The notes under the pieces were generated by a model that ran no database searches, had not been told where the DNA came from, and worked only from the letters and a program-made list of their open reading frames with translations. Position numbers and translations under genes: made by a program. This document shows, piece after piece, positions 55,147 through 64,000 of a DNA stretch of 64,000 bases. Position 1 is the first letter of the stretch. Every line of letters starts with the position of its first letter. This stretch comes from a virus. Taxonomy: Duplodnaviria; Heunggongvirae; Uroviricota; Caudoviricetes. Location of the stretch: the IMG/VR virus record IMGVR_UViG_2915331061_000005, one strand, 5' to 3'.

Positions 55147-55641
55147 TCACCCTCCAAGCGTCGGATCAGGGCATTCCCATTTGTAGTCCTTAAATTTGAT
55201 TCTCCGGTTCGTGACAAGTCTGCCCTCCACGATCTCAATTTCCCTGTTGAACTCCAAACCCATTTCATATCCATACACGCGGAAATCCACATTGTACTTT
55301 TTGGACATTTCAATGTAGGGCGTTTCATCAACGTTCCATGCTGCTTTCATGCTTACAACAAGGATCGGCTTTTCATCTTCTCTGTAAGAATCCCCGTAGA
55401 CCCCCTTTTCAACAAAGTTTCTTTTCGTTCCTTCGATATAAGCGTCCTCGATCGTATCCAAACGCATCTCGCGGGCTTTCGGATCATGTTCAAATACGAC
55501 AGCGTCATCTACAAGTTCATCTTCGTATGAGCCATCTCTAAACCACTTTGTGAAGTAGCAGTGCAGGCATTCTTCCACCCACCGCTTAATATCTTCCGGC
55601 TTTCCGCGGATTTTAAGTTTTCCTTTTACCCAGTTCGCCAT
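55147..55641 (-). CDS. Hypothetical protein
   Basis: 164 aa, specific to module B. Confidence 0.4.
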   Translation of the reverse strand: MANWVKGKLKIRGKPEDIKRWVEECLHCYFTKWFRDGSYEDELVDDAVVFEHDPKAREMRLDTIEDAYIEGTKRNFVEKGVYGDSYREDEKPILVVSMKAAWNVDETPYIEMSKKYNVDFRVYGYEMGLEFNREIEIVEGRLVTNRRIKFKDYKWECPDPTLGG

Positions 55642-55644
55642 AGT

Positions 55645-56181
55645 TTATTCCTCCTTCAAAACCCATACTCTATGATTTCCACAGCCGTTCCACTTCTCGG
55701 CATTCTCGTGAGTGTCCACAGCTACATCAAGGTGTTTTCCCTGAATGGCGGCTCCTTTGTCCTGCACAATGCGGATTCCTACGCCCTCAATGTACAGAAC
55801 CGTTCCATACGGAAAGATGGACGTGTCCGCTGCCACAGTGACGCCTGCCTGTATAGGCTGGCCGCTGGCCGTAATTCCGTGTCCTTCTCCGCAGATATGT
55901 TCGTACTGTTCTGTGCAATATGCCGTGCAGAAAAATGTACCTGCCTCTGTCAGCTCGATTTTCCTGTCCGCTGTTTCATCAAGGCGAATTTGCAGAGAAT
56001 CAATAACTTCTTCGTCCTCTACAGCCCGGTCAAGCCAGTTCTGGGCACGGCTTGCGTAAATATCCCGCTGGGTCTCAAGGTCTGCAATACGGCCTTTCAG
56101 TACGCCGACCTTTGCGCTGTTGACGATCTCAGCCGCGAAGAACAGCACCAGAATTGCTTTCATTTTCCGTGTCATTTCCAA
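55645..56181 (-). CDS. 3D-domain (MltA/YuiC-like) protein, paralog of 1067..1606
   Basis: TAYCTEQYEHICGEGHGITASG...VAADTSIFPYGTVLYIEGVGIRIVQDKGAAIQGKHLDV. Confidence 0.65.
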   Translation of the reverse strand: MEMTRKMKAILVLFFAAEIVNSAKVGVLKGRIADLETQRDIYASRAQNWLDRAVEDEEVIDSLQIRLDETADRKIELTEAGTFFCTAYCTEQYEHICGEGHGITASGQPIQAGVTVAADTSIFPYGTVLYIEGVGIRIVQDKGAAIQGKHLDVAVDTHENAEKWNGCGNHRVWVLKEE

Positions 56182-57539
56182 ACCACCTTTTTGTTACTGC
56201 AATTGGAAATTCTTCAATTTCAGACGCCCACACTGCTGTACCTGCTCCATATGCCGTCTCCCACACAAGCGGGAAACCGCCAATTCCATCAAACAGGCTT
56301 CCCAGTGTTGGCTTATCTTTCAGGTATGGCCGCATCTTCTGGGCAATCCAGAACCACTGCGGAAGGGCAATGCTGTTTCCCAGTGCCTTATAGCGCGGCG
56401 TATCTGCCGGTTTATGCTTTTTCCCTTTGGTGTCCGTCCATTCCCCGATGTCTGTCCATCCGTCCGGGTATCCCTGCAGGCGCTCACATTCCGTCGGGGT
56501 CAATCTTCGGACGATCCAGCGCACGACACGTTCCGCCACAAGGCATTCCCCACCGTTTCCGATATTTCCCGTTTTCGCTTTCAGTGTTGCACTGCTGTCG
56601 CTTTCCTTGTATGTAGAGAAAGTCTGCTCGCTATAGGTTTTTCTTTCAGCAACCTGCGGCCCCGCTGTCGTCCCGGTATTCTTGCAACTCAAGGCTGCCG
56701 CCTTGCTTCCGGTAACAGCTCCGTTGTACAGATCGACCGCAATAGCCGTATAGTCTGTGACGCGGCTCTCATGATCCCCGGTAATGGTCGGAACTGTCTT
56801 ACCGTTGCCATTTCCACGAGCGTCAAAGACGATTGGCTGGAAAAGGGTCTGGTCTTGAAGCGTCGAGAGCGTTCCCGTCTTTTCTGTCTGCACCAGTGCG
56901 CCTTTCCCGCCTCCTGCACATCCCGAACGGATTTTCAAGGTGTAGGCTGCCTCCCCTGCCACCACTCGATCATGTCCAGCAGGGCAGTTTTGAGTAAATC
57001 CGGTAACGCTTTGCCACGTCGGGATGCTCTTGTCAGGATTCCCTGACAGGCCCGTGCGCTCAAAAAGTATCTCTGCGGCACATTGACCTCTAAAATCTGC
57101 GACAACTGCGATACGCTTTCTACGCTGGGGCACTCCCCAACGTTCAGCGTTGAGCAACCGCCATGCCAGAGACCAGCCGTTTCCGATGATTGCTCCGGCC
57201 TTGCACCATCGCCCCCCCCGCAGGTCGAGGAATTGAAACGTCTGGTTGTGCCGCGTGGGCAAGTTTTTCCAGCACGGTTCTGAAATCTTCTCCGCCGTTT
57301 GAGCTGAAAGCTCCGGGAACATTTTCCCAGATAGCGAAAGCTGGATACATTCCATTTGTGGCAACCCTCATTTCTACAATAACTCTTATGGCTTCTGTGA
57401 ACAGACCGGAATTTTTCCCCTCAAGGCCAGCTCTCAAGCCTGCCATGGACAAATCCTGACAAGGCGAACCAAACGTGATGCAGTCCACGGGTTCAATCTG
57501 GTCTCCATGGATTTTAGTAATGTCGCCCAAATGAATCAT
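56129..57539 (-). CDS. Circularly permuted DNA (cytosine-5)-methyltransferase, second copy, split at a G8 tract (plus-strand C8 at 57212..57219)
   Basis: Same motif order and same frame offset as 1509..3117. ORFs 57144..57539 and 56129..57364. Confidence 0.7.
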
Positions 57540-57736
57540 TCTTCTGCCTCTTTAGATTTAATTGCCATCCACCACAGTGCGGCATGAAGCGCGAAGCCCG
57601 GACAAGCCTGAACCGTTACCTGACTTGCCACAACCTTAATCGCTTCTTCGATTTCTTCTTGTTTCGGCATTGTCGCGTGAAGGAATCTCGCCTGTGCAAT
57701 TTTCTCCAAAATCCTTATTGCATCGACGTAAAGCAC
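57536..57736 (-). CDS. Small hypothetical protein
   Basis: 66 aa, ATGA overlap with the MTase start. Confidence 0.3.
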   Translation of the reverse strand: MLYVDAIRILEKIAQARFLHATMPKQEEIEEAIKVVASQVTVQACPGFALHAALWWMAIKSKEAEE

Positions 57737-57772
57737 TCTTTTTACCTCCTATTGATTTTTTCATAGTTCTTA

Positions 57773-57849
57773 CACGGGTGGCCGGAATCGAACCGGCTTG
57801 CCTGCCGATGGGGGATCAGAACGGCGGACAACTTCCTTGCTACACCCGC
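57773..57849 (-). ncRNA. tRNA-like structured element, second copy
   Basis: ~90 % identical to 3462..3538. Differences in the long hairpin partly preserve pairing. Upstream terminator at 57856..57890. Confidence 0.35.
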
Positions 57850-58247
57850 ATATCAGAACCCACCGCGCAAGAGAGCAGCGCGGCGGGCCGGTCTTGGTCA
57901 AGCAGACCTTCCACCTTTGGCTTGGGTGGATCGGACAAGGCATTTCTTCGCTCATGCGGCGTGCACGCCCAAATCGGTTTCCGCACCGTCATGCGGGCGT
58001 AGCTTGGCAGAAAGGCAGCGTGGTCTTGCACCAGCTTACACGGGAGAAACGCCGCCATACGGCACCCTCTGCCCCTGTCGGTGCGTCAAATTATGGACAA
58101 ACGCACCGGCTTCCATGAATACCTGCTGCAAAGCGGCGCGGACGGGGTGTGGCCCCGCTGGCGGTTTCCCCCTGCGTCGTTTCAAGGTTCAGCCCCGCGC
58201 CATATAAAAGCCGCCGCGCTGACGCGGTGCGTGGCGGCTCATTCATA

Positions 58248-58421
58248 CCTTAGATGTTTTTGTATCAGCAGCACCCTTGGTTTTTTCGTAACGTTCACAG
58301 TTCGTATCATAGCCACTGCACGGTGCACACCGTTTGTGGGTGATCTCGAACGTGTGCCTGCACTGTTCATTTTTGTGCAGGTCTTTTTCGGTGGGACTTC
58401 TGTTATGTACCTTCATTTACA
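58248..58421 (-). CDS. Small Cys-rich protein (EQCRHTFEITHKRCAPCSGY..C)
   Basis: 57 aa. Homologous to the C-terminus of 3956..4402. Confidence 0.35.
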
Positions 58422-58424
58422 GCC

Positions 58425-58991
58425 TCAGAAAGGAACTTCATCGTAGTGTGTAGCGATCATATCCGCGAAGTGCAGACACAGGGCTTCCGGGTAGCGGTCA
58501 TAAACAGCACTGAGCGTATCCCAGTCCTGCGACCCGCTGTATGCTCCCATGTGCCAGCGAATCGCCACGATCTCCCGCGCCGTCAGCTTGATGTACTGCT
58601 GTGCCATGATGACGCTTCCTTCTCCATGGCCTACCAGACCGGCGTCAAAGTATTCGTACTCACCTTTGCCTTTATCGCGGTACTTGCCCACCTTGCAATA
58701 GTCGTGCAGAAGCGCTGCCGCAAGAACTTCATTCCGGTGACATTTCTTGAAAGCGTGATTCGTTCTGCACAGTTCCATTGCCGCCTCTGCCACACAAACC
58801 GAGTGCTCACACAGACCGCCGGGATGGTTGGAATGGTGCTTAATGCTTGCAGGCTTTTCAAAGAACCCCAAAGCCACCATCTGCTGCCAAAGGTTTTCCG
58901 CTCCCGGACGATTAGCAAGGCCGCTCTCCGCCCAGAGAACCTCAAACTTTTCTTTCGGCTTCATGTCCTCATACAGTTTTTCGTTATCCAT
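58425..58991 (-). CDS. HD-domain phosphohydrolase
   Basis: HHSNHPGGLCEH...ALLHDYCK metal-binding H..H...HD motif. No counterpart in module A. Confidence 0.65.
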   Translation of the reverse strand: MDNEKLYEDMKPKEKFEVLWAESGLANRPGAENLWQQMVALGFFEKPASIKHHSNHPGGLCEHSVCVAEAAMELCRTNHAFKKCHRNEVLAAALLHDYCKVGKYRDKGKGEYEYFDAGLVGHGEGSVIMAQQYIKLTAREIVAIRWHMGAYSGSQDWDTLSAVYDRYPEALCLHFADMIATHYDEVPF

Positions 58992-58994
58992 GGT

Positions 58995-59147
58995 TCGGCT
59001 CCTTCTGTTTCAAAAATTCTGCCCGGCCTGCCGGGTATCTTGTCGGTCTGTCGAAAATCTCCGGGTGCTTTTCGAGCATATCCAAAAGCATCTCCCGCAT
59101 GGACGCCGCCACAAAGGGCGTAAATTCACTGCTCACGCTTCCCCGCC
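58995..59147 (-). CDS. Small conserved hypothetical (RPTRYPAGRAEF)
   Basis: ~50 aa. Paralog of 4383..4547. Confidence 0.3.
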
Positions 59148-59212
59148 TTTCCACTTGTATTTCTGGCAGCGGGTTTTATTTTCGTTCCTCCCGCCATTGG
59201 AACCGCCTTGTG

Positions 59213-59509
59213 TTAGTCCTCCGGTTCAAAGAACATTGCCACAAAGGCTTTCAGCTGGCTCACCGCCGCTTCTTTTTCAGCTTCCGTCTTGGCCGTCTTT
59301 TCTGCCCAGCAGTCCTTGACCATTTCATTGATGATCTCAAACATGCTGTCTTTCAGGTCTGACAGATTTTTCTCGTCGTCGGCCACCTCCATAAGGACAC
59401 GGGCCACAATAAGCTCTGCCGCCGTCATCATGCCAACCGAACCGCCGTGAATGCTGACTTCCAGACCATCAGCCGTTCCCACGGCTGTAATTTCCACATT
59501 ACAGTTCAT
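59213..59509 (-). CDS. Hypothetical protein
   Basis: 98 aa. Confidence 0.4.
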   Translation of the reverse strand: MNCNVEITAVGTADGLEVSIHGGSVGMMTAAELIVARVLMEVADDEKNLSDLKDSMFEIINEMVKDCWAEKTAKTEAEKEAAVSQLKAFVAMFFEPED

Positions 59510-59525
59510 GCTCTATCCTTCAAAG

Positions 59526-59875
59526 TCAACCGTTCTGCAGTTTGTTTGCCAGCGCCACAATGAAGTCCTTGAAGCCCGGCTCTGTCTCTGCAAACTGCCG
59601 TGCCATGCGGAACCCTACCGTCTCGCCAACAGGAGGCTTTTCCTTCTTCTCTGCCGGAGCCGCCTTTCCCTGCGCTTCCAAATCGTTCTGCACTGCATCA
59701 GGAATTTTGTCCTGAATCTTCTTGATAACGTACGGACGAAGCGGTTCGTGAACTTCTGCTACAACGCTGCCCACGATCTGGATCGTCAAATCCAGCAGAT
59801 CAAGCCCGTTTCCCTTGAACTCGACCGACGCACCGCTGCCCTTGACCTCTCCGTGAATAAATGCGTATGCCATAC
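59526..59875 (-). CDS. Hypothetical protein (AF.HG...NG.D family)
   Basis: Start MAYAFIHGEVKG with RBS AAAGGACAAAGAG. Homolog of 5055..5357. Confidence 0.4.
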
Positions 59876-60038
59876 TCTTTGTCCTTTCTGCTTGCAGGTA
59901 AATTTTCGGATATGGGGGTGCGCCCCGGAGTTGACACCGGGCGGCGGGGCTTGACACTCCCCGCCTGCACTGGCCGCACCATATAAAGGCGGTGTCGGAC
60001 ATACCGCCTGCCCATGCGGGCCGCTCTGGCGTGTTCTT

Positions 60039-60224
60039 TCAGCCCTTGCCAGATAAGGCTTCATCTCGCCGACGCCGCCGTTCTTCGCACTGACGGCGGA
60101 TGATCTCTTTTCCCTTGCGAATACGCTCGGTTTCTTCATATCTCCACCTGCCGTAGGACAGCCCCGCGGCGTCGGCCTGCCGGACATCCAGCATCAGCTT
60201 GTCCGGCTTCATCCTTTCGGCCAT
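60039..60224 (-). CDS. Small protein with DVRQADAAGLSYGRWRYEE motif
   Basis: Paralog of the C-terminus of 6364..6711. Confidence 0.4.
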   Translation of the reverse strand: MAERMKPDKLMLDVRQADAAGLSYGRWRYEETERIRKGKEIIRRQCEERRRRRDEALSGKG

Positions 60225-60310
60225 TTGCTCATACCCTCGTGCTCCTTGTTGTGCTTGTACTCCCCGCCGTGCTATAATTTGAACATATAAAATGGGGAGG
60301 GGGTGAATTT

Positions 60311-60520
60311 ATGAAATACTACTTTGTCGATCTTCGCGCACTACCCATATCTGAACGTATAGCAGCTTGTAAGAAAATGGAACAGTACGCATGGGAAGTC
60401 TTTGAAAAGGTTGGAACATCCGGCCTTGAATCCGCAGAGGTTTGCTGGACATCGCCAGAGGACTTTGAATCTTCTCCTTGTTTTCCTCAAGGATGCAAAT
60501 GCACGCTTCTGGGAAACTGA
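60311..60520 (+). CDS. Hypothetical small protein
   Basis: Preceded by CCGCCGTGCTATAAT promoter-like box and RBS GGGGAGGGGG. Confidence 0.35.
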   Translation: MKYYFVDLRALPISERIAACKKMEQYAWEVFEKVGTSGLESAEVCWTSPEDFESSPCFPQGCKCTLLGN

Positions 60521-60522
60521 TC

Positions 60523-60810
60523 TTACGTCTTTGTGGCGGCGTGCGTAATAAGCAACGCCGCCGGAAAGTCCGGGTCGTAGTTGAACTCGATCCGGGCTTT
60601 TGCTTTATGGTCAACAAACCTCATGAATGCCCCGATGTCCCCCAACTTCTGAAACGCTTCTTCCTTGCGCCATACACCGATCCCGACGCCGTTGCAACGA
60701 ACTTCTTCCGGCTTGTAGCCGTAATGTTTCAGAACTTCGTCCGGGTTGATTTCATCAAACGTCTTTTTGTTCAGCGCTTCTTCAATGTGTTCAGGTCTCA
60801 GCGTCATGCG
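60523..60810 (-). CDS. Conserved hypothetical (MTLRPEHIEEALNK...KHYGYKPEE...KAKARIEFNYDPDFPAALLIT)
   Basis: Start with GCAGGAGGGCGG RBS. Paralogs at 61062..61372 and 7239..7490. Confidence 0.5.
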   Translation of the reverse strand, partial: RMTLRPEHIEEALNKKTFDEINPDEVLKHYGYKPEEVRCNGVGIGVWRKEEAFQKLGDIGAFMRFVDHKAKARIEFNYDPDFPAALLITHAATKT

Positions 60811-60882
60811 CTCCGCCCTCCTGCTTGTTGTCTCTCCCCTCCCCGCCGTGCTATAATCAGTCGGAAAGGAGGCGTTATAAAT

Positions 60883-61098
60883 ATGTGGGTCTACCATTCT
60901 TCTATCGGCCCGTTGTATATCGTCCCAACCGGTGACGGCCTGTTCGGATTTCTGTACAACGGCATTATCTGGGAAGCCTGCCCCACTCCACAGATTGAAG
61001 CAGACAATGTATACTGCCGTGCCACCGGCTGCCCCGATGCTTCAAATCTGGAAGAACTCCCTCACGATTTATCGGAGTGGACATACATTTCCAAATAA
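60883..61098 (+). CDS. Hypothetical small protein
   Basis: Preceded by CCGCCGTGCTATAAT box and RBS AAAGGAGG. Confidence 0.35.
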   Translation: MWVYHSSIGPLYIVPTGDGLFGFLYNGIIWEACPTPQIEADNVYCRATGCPDASNLEELPHDLSEWTYISK

Positions 61099-61372
61099 GT
61101 TCCTCTCGCCCGGTTCAATGCTTCTTCGGCATCGTCCGGGCGAACTTTGTTTTTGTGGAACAGCCGCACGATGATCTGCGCCAGTTCTTCGCGTACCTTT
61201 TCCCTATACTCCGGTGAAGCCTCTGCCGCTGCCGGGTCATACAAGCGCGGGTACGCTTCCATAAAGGCTTCGCTGTCCAGCAGTTCTTCCATGATCCGCA
61301 GGATCAGGCGACGTTTCAGCTCCGGCGTTTTGTTCAGCGCTTCTACAATGTGTTCAGGTTTCAGCGTCATGC
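61062..61372 (-). CDS. Conserved hypothetical (MTLKPEHIVEALNK...), paralog of 60523..60810
   Basis: Identical N-terminal motif and RBS context. Confidence 0.45.
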
Positions 61373-61599
61373 GCTTCGCCCTCCTGCTTTTCGGGTTCGT
61401 CGCTGCGTGCAAAGAGCTTTTCAATGCTTTCCTCTGCACCCAAAGCCGCCTTGACCTTGATAGCCATTTCCACGCTCATGTCTGAGCCGCCATTCAGTTT
61501 GTAGTACATCGTACTGCGGGAAGTCCCGACTTCTTCCGCCAGTTCTTCTACCGTTTTGCCACTGATACGCAGATACTTTTCAGCCAGCGGATATACCAT
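61354..61599 (-). CDS. Cro-like HTH regulator
   Basis: RISGKTVEELAEEVGTSRSTMYYKLNG HTH. RBS GGAGG. Divergent from the CI-like gene. Confidence 0.55.
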   Translation of the reverse strand: MVYPLAEKYLRISGKTVEELAEEVGTSRSTMYYKLNGGSDMSVEMAIKVKAALGAEESIEKLFARSDEPEKQEGEAHDAET

Positions 61600-61771
61600 T
61601 GCGCCATCCTCCAATCCTAAGTTTCGTATTTGCGACCACTATAGCACTAGAATTAGTATTTGTCAACCGTTTCAATACTATTTTTAGAAAATTCTTTTTA
61701 TTTTCGGATGTTCGGCATTGATTTTTCCTAATTCTAGGACTACAATATAAATAAAGAAGGGAGCCTACACT

Positions 61772-62125
61772 ATGACCAGAGAAGAACTTTTGAAATCCTA
61801 CATCCTGAAACAATATAGGACTGTAAAAGATTTCTCCGTTGCAATCGGATTGCCTTATACAACCATTGACGGTATCCTTCGCCGTGGTGTAATGAATACT
61901 CGCGTCGAAAATATGATCCGCGTATGTCAGTTTCTCGGAATCTCACTGGATGCTCTTGTTGCCGGGCGCATTGAGCCGTATTCTGACAGGCCGTCTTTCT
62001 CCATCGACGATGTATCCGCGCTGGAAAAATATCACAACCTTCCTGCGTCCGATAAAGAAACCGTGGACTTCGTTTTGAACCGTCATGCTCAACGCGCAGA
62101 AAGCGCAGAAACTACCAAAGTGTAA
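61772..62125 (+). CDS. XRE-family HTH repressor (CI-like) of the next prophage
   Basis: TVKDFSVAIGLPYTTIDGILRRG HTH. Unrelated in sequence to the 8185 repressor, which suggests heteroimmunity. Confidence 0.65.
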   Translation: MTREELLKSYILKQYRTVKDFSVAIGLPYTTIDGILRRGVMNTRVENMIRVCQFLGISLDALVAGRIEPYSDRPSFSIDDVSALEKYHNLPASDKETVDFVLNRHAQRAESAETTKV

Positions 62126-62455
62126 GCGAATAGAATCCATGATGTTCCCTTGTCAAGCAAGGGAACATCCTGCGTGCTATCCTCTCCTTCCGATAGTTAG
62201 GATAGCACGCGGGCGCTCATTACTTTTTTGAAGCATTTTCTGAAAGTCCCTCAGTTTATTCCGTTTTGCTTCATTTATTCTTTATTTTCGTAAAATTTGC
62301 AAAAAGAAAAAGCCCGCCGGGCCGAAGCCTGACGGGCTATAAATGAAACTGTATTTATATGATCCTGCAGTGATTTATGATTTTTCGTCTCACGCCTTGC
62401 GCTTTCGTCTAATCCGCAGGCCAATGAGACGATTACCTGAAAGGACACTCAAGGT

Positions 62456-64000
62456 ATGGCAAAAAGAAAATTCAACAAGGGCGGCGAAGTGCGGCTGGTC
62501 GCCTATTACAGATACAGCGGCGGCAGCGGGCAGACCGAGCAGTCCATTGAGGGCCAGCGCCGGGACTGCGAGACCTACGCCCGCCTGCACAACATGACCA
62601 TTCAGAAAGAATATGTGGATCGCCACATCAGCGGCAAGACCGATGATCGTGCAGCGTTCCAGCAAATGATTACTGACAGCGACAAGGGCGCATTCGATAT
62701 GGTGATTTGCTGGAAAACAGACCGCTTCGCCCGGAACCGCTATGATTCTGCCGTGTACAAGAAACGCCTGCGTGACAACGGCGTTGAGATCGTTTATGCC
62801 GCAGAATCCAATATCGCCGGTGCGGAAGGTATCATCATTGAGGGCGTGATGGAAGCGCTGGCCGAATACTACTCTGCCGAGCTGGCCGAGAAGATGCGCC
62901 GCGGCATGAGAGAAAGTGCCCTCAAGGGGCAGGCCATCAGCCGATGCCGTGCCCTTGGCCTGAAAACGGACGAACACAAACGGTTTGTCATTGATGAAAA
63001 GACCGCTCCCACCGTCCGCTTCATCTTTGAGCATTACGCCGCCGGGGAATCCGCCACCTCTATTGTAGATAAGCTCAACGCCAAAGGTCTGCGTACCAGT
63101 CAGGGCAACCCCTTCAACAAGAGCAGCATTCCCCGGATCATCCAGAACGAAGCCTATCGCGGCGTGTACATCAGCAAATCGTATGACGTGCGCATTGAAG
63201 GAGCCATTCCGGCCATTATCGACGATGAACTTTGGGAGAGGGCACAAACCATGTTGAAACTGAACCGTCAGCTCAAGGCAAAGAATGAACCAAAAGCGGA
63301 CTACATCCTGTCCGGCAAGCTCTACTGCTCCTGTGGTTCCCTCATGCGCGGTATGAGCGGCCACAGTGCCACCGGCGAAGTCTACCGCTACTACACCTGC
63401 CCCAATAAGGACTGCCACCTGCGGAACATCCCGAAGGACGATCTGGAAGGAAAGGTCATGCAGTCCATCGTGGATCACCTCTTGCAGCCGGAATCTATGG
63501 AAGCACTGGCCGAAGCCATGGTCGAGGTGCAAAAGGCCGACGTTGAAAAGCCCAACGCCGAACGTGTAGCCATCGAACAGAGCCTTTCCGATGTCCGCCG
63601 CCGCAGTAAAAACATTTTGGACGCCATTGAAAACGGCACCGCTAATGCGCAGCTGTGCGCCCGTCTGGATGATCTGACCGAACAGGAGCAGACCTTGAAC
63701 TTCCAGCTTTCTTCTCTGGAAAAGGAGAAGCCTGTTGTGTTCACAAAAGAGCAGTACCTTTTCCTGCTGGAACAGTTCTTGATGGAGCCGTCCGAGCGCA
63801 CACCGGAGTATGGTCGCCGTCTTGTTAACACTTTCGTAACAAGTATGGTAGTTAGCGGTCGTGAACTGGTTATCAATTTTAATGTTTCGGACGAAACCGT
63901 TAACAAAAACAAAAAAACATCCCAGACAAACTTACAAAAAGAAAGTTCGTCTGGGATGCGTCTGGTCCGAGTGGCGAGAATCGAACTCACGGCCTCTTGA
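62456..64000 (+). CDS. Large serine recombinase of the next prophage (3' end runs off the window)
   Basis: ~65 % identical to 9302..10912 (VAYYRYSGGSGQTEQSIEGQRRDCETYARLH...). Confidence 0.85.
   Translation: MAKRKFNKGGEVRLVAYYRYSGGSGQTEQSIEGQRRDCETYARLHNMTIQKEYVDRHISGKTDDRAAFQQMITDSDKGAFDMVICWKTDRFARNRYDSAVYKKRLRDNGVEIVYAAESNIAGAEGIIIEGVMEALAEYYSAELAEKMRRGMRESALKGQAISRCRALGLKTDEHKRFVIDEKTAPTVRFIFEHYAAGESATSIVDKLNAKGLRTSQGNPFNKSSIPRIIQNEAYRGVYISKSYDVRIEGAIPAIIDDELWERAQTMLKLNRQLKAKNEPKADYILSGKLYCSCGSLMRGMSGHSATGEVYRYYTCPNKDCHLRNIPKDDLEGKVMQSIVDHLLQPESMEALAEAMVEVQKADVEKPNAERVAIEQSLSDVRRRSKNILDAIENGTANAQLCARLDDLTEQEQTLNFQLSSLEKEKPVVFTKEQYLFLLEQFLMEPSERTPEYGRRLVNTFVTSMVVSGRELVINFNVSDETVNKNKKTSQTNLQKESSSGMRLVRVARIELTAS

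Larger units (their letters stand above)
8100..61700. mobile_element. Prophage 1: essentially complete ~54 kb temperate myovirus-like prophage (exact att junctions not resolved)
   Basis: Repressor plus serine recombinase at the left, full lysis/tail/head/packaging/early/replication gene set, terminal accessory module. The next repressor plus recombinase pair starts at 61772. Confidence 0.5.

Noticed and set aside
1-64000. CRISPR arrays, rRNA genes, IS elements/transposases
   Set aside because: No regularly spaced short direct repeats with unique spacers, no rRNA-like conserved stretches, and no transposase-like ORFs or terminal inverted repeats were seen on either strand.

Overview
This 64 kb window is a tandem array of related temperate-phage genomes, probably from a moderately GC-rich Clostridia-type host. 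Coordinates 1..~8060 are the right-hand end of an upstream prophage, called prophage 0 here. Coordinates ~8100..~61700 are one essentially complete ~54 kb myovirus-like prophage, called prophage 1 here. Coordinates ~61700..64000 are the lysogeny switch and large serine recombinase of a third prophage, called prophage 2 here.

Prophage 1 reads, left to right: a CI-like XRE repressor, a lipoprotein and a large serine recombinase on the plus strand. These are followed by a long minus-strand late operon that carries a lysis cassette (XhlA-like protein, LL-H holin, M15 endolysin, XkdX-like protein), a PBSX/P2-like contractile tail and baseplate, a lambda-like head and packaging module (Nu1/A/W/B/C/D/E order), and a GC-rich repeat island that may be cos/pac. 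Next come a ribbon-helix-helix (RHH) regulator divergent from a five-copy 13-bp operator array, and a plus-strand early operon of small genes, each preceded by the same hairpin/CACGAAA leader module. A minus-strand replication block (Rep_trans-like initiator and DUF1064-like nuclease) follows, and then a terminal accessory module. That accessory module is duplicated, with ~80 % identity, at the end of prophage 0; it encodes a small protein, 3D-domain protein, permuted C5-methyltransferase, tRNA-like RNA, Cys-rich protein and others.

The most striking system is a diversity-generating retroelement (DGR) embedded in the tail-fibre region. It has a DGR-type reverse transcriptase, a 121-nt AAC-rich template repeat, and two variable repeats. 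One variable repeat is in the adjacent tail-fibre gene and the other is in a gene 38 kb away. Every mismatch between template and variable repeats falls on a template adenine.

Other notable items: a circularly permuted cytosine-5 methyltransferase split by a conserved G8 tract in both paralogous copies; tRNA-like structured elements that directly follow intrinsic terminators; and a -1 frameshift site in the tail assembly chaperone. Many plus-strand ORFs in the six-frame track are antisense shadows of minus-strand genes. All functional calls are made from motifs visible in the translations, and no database searches were possible.
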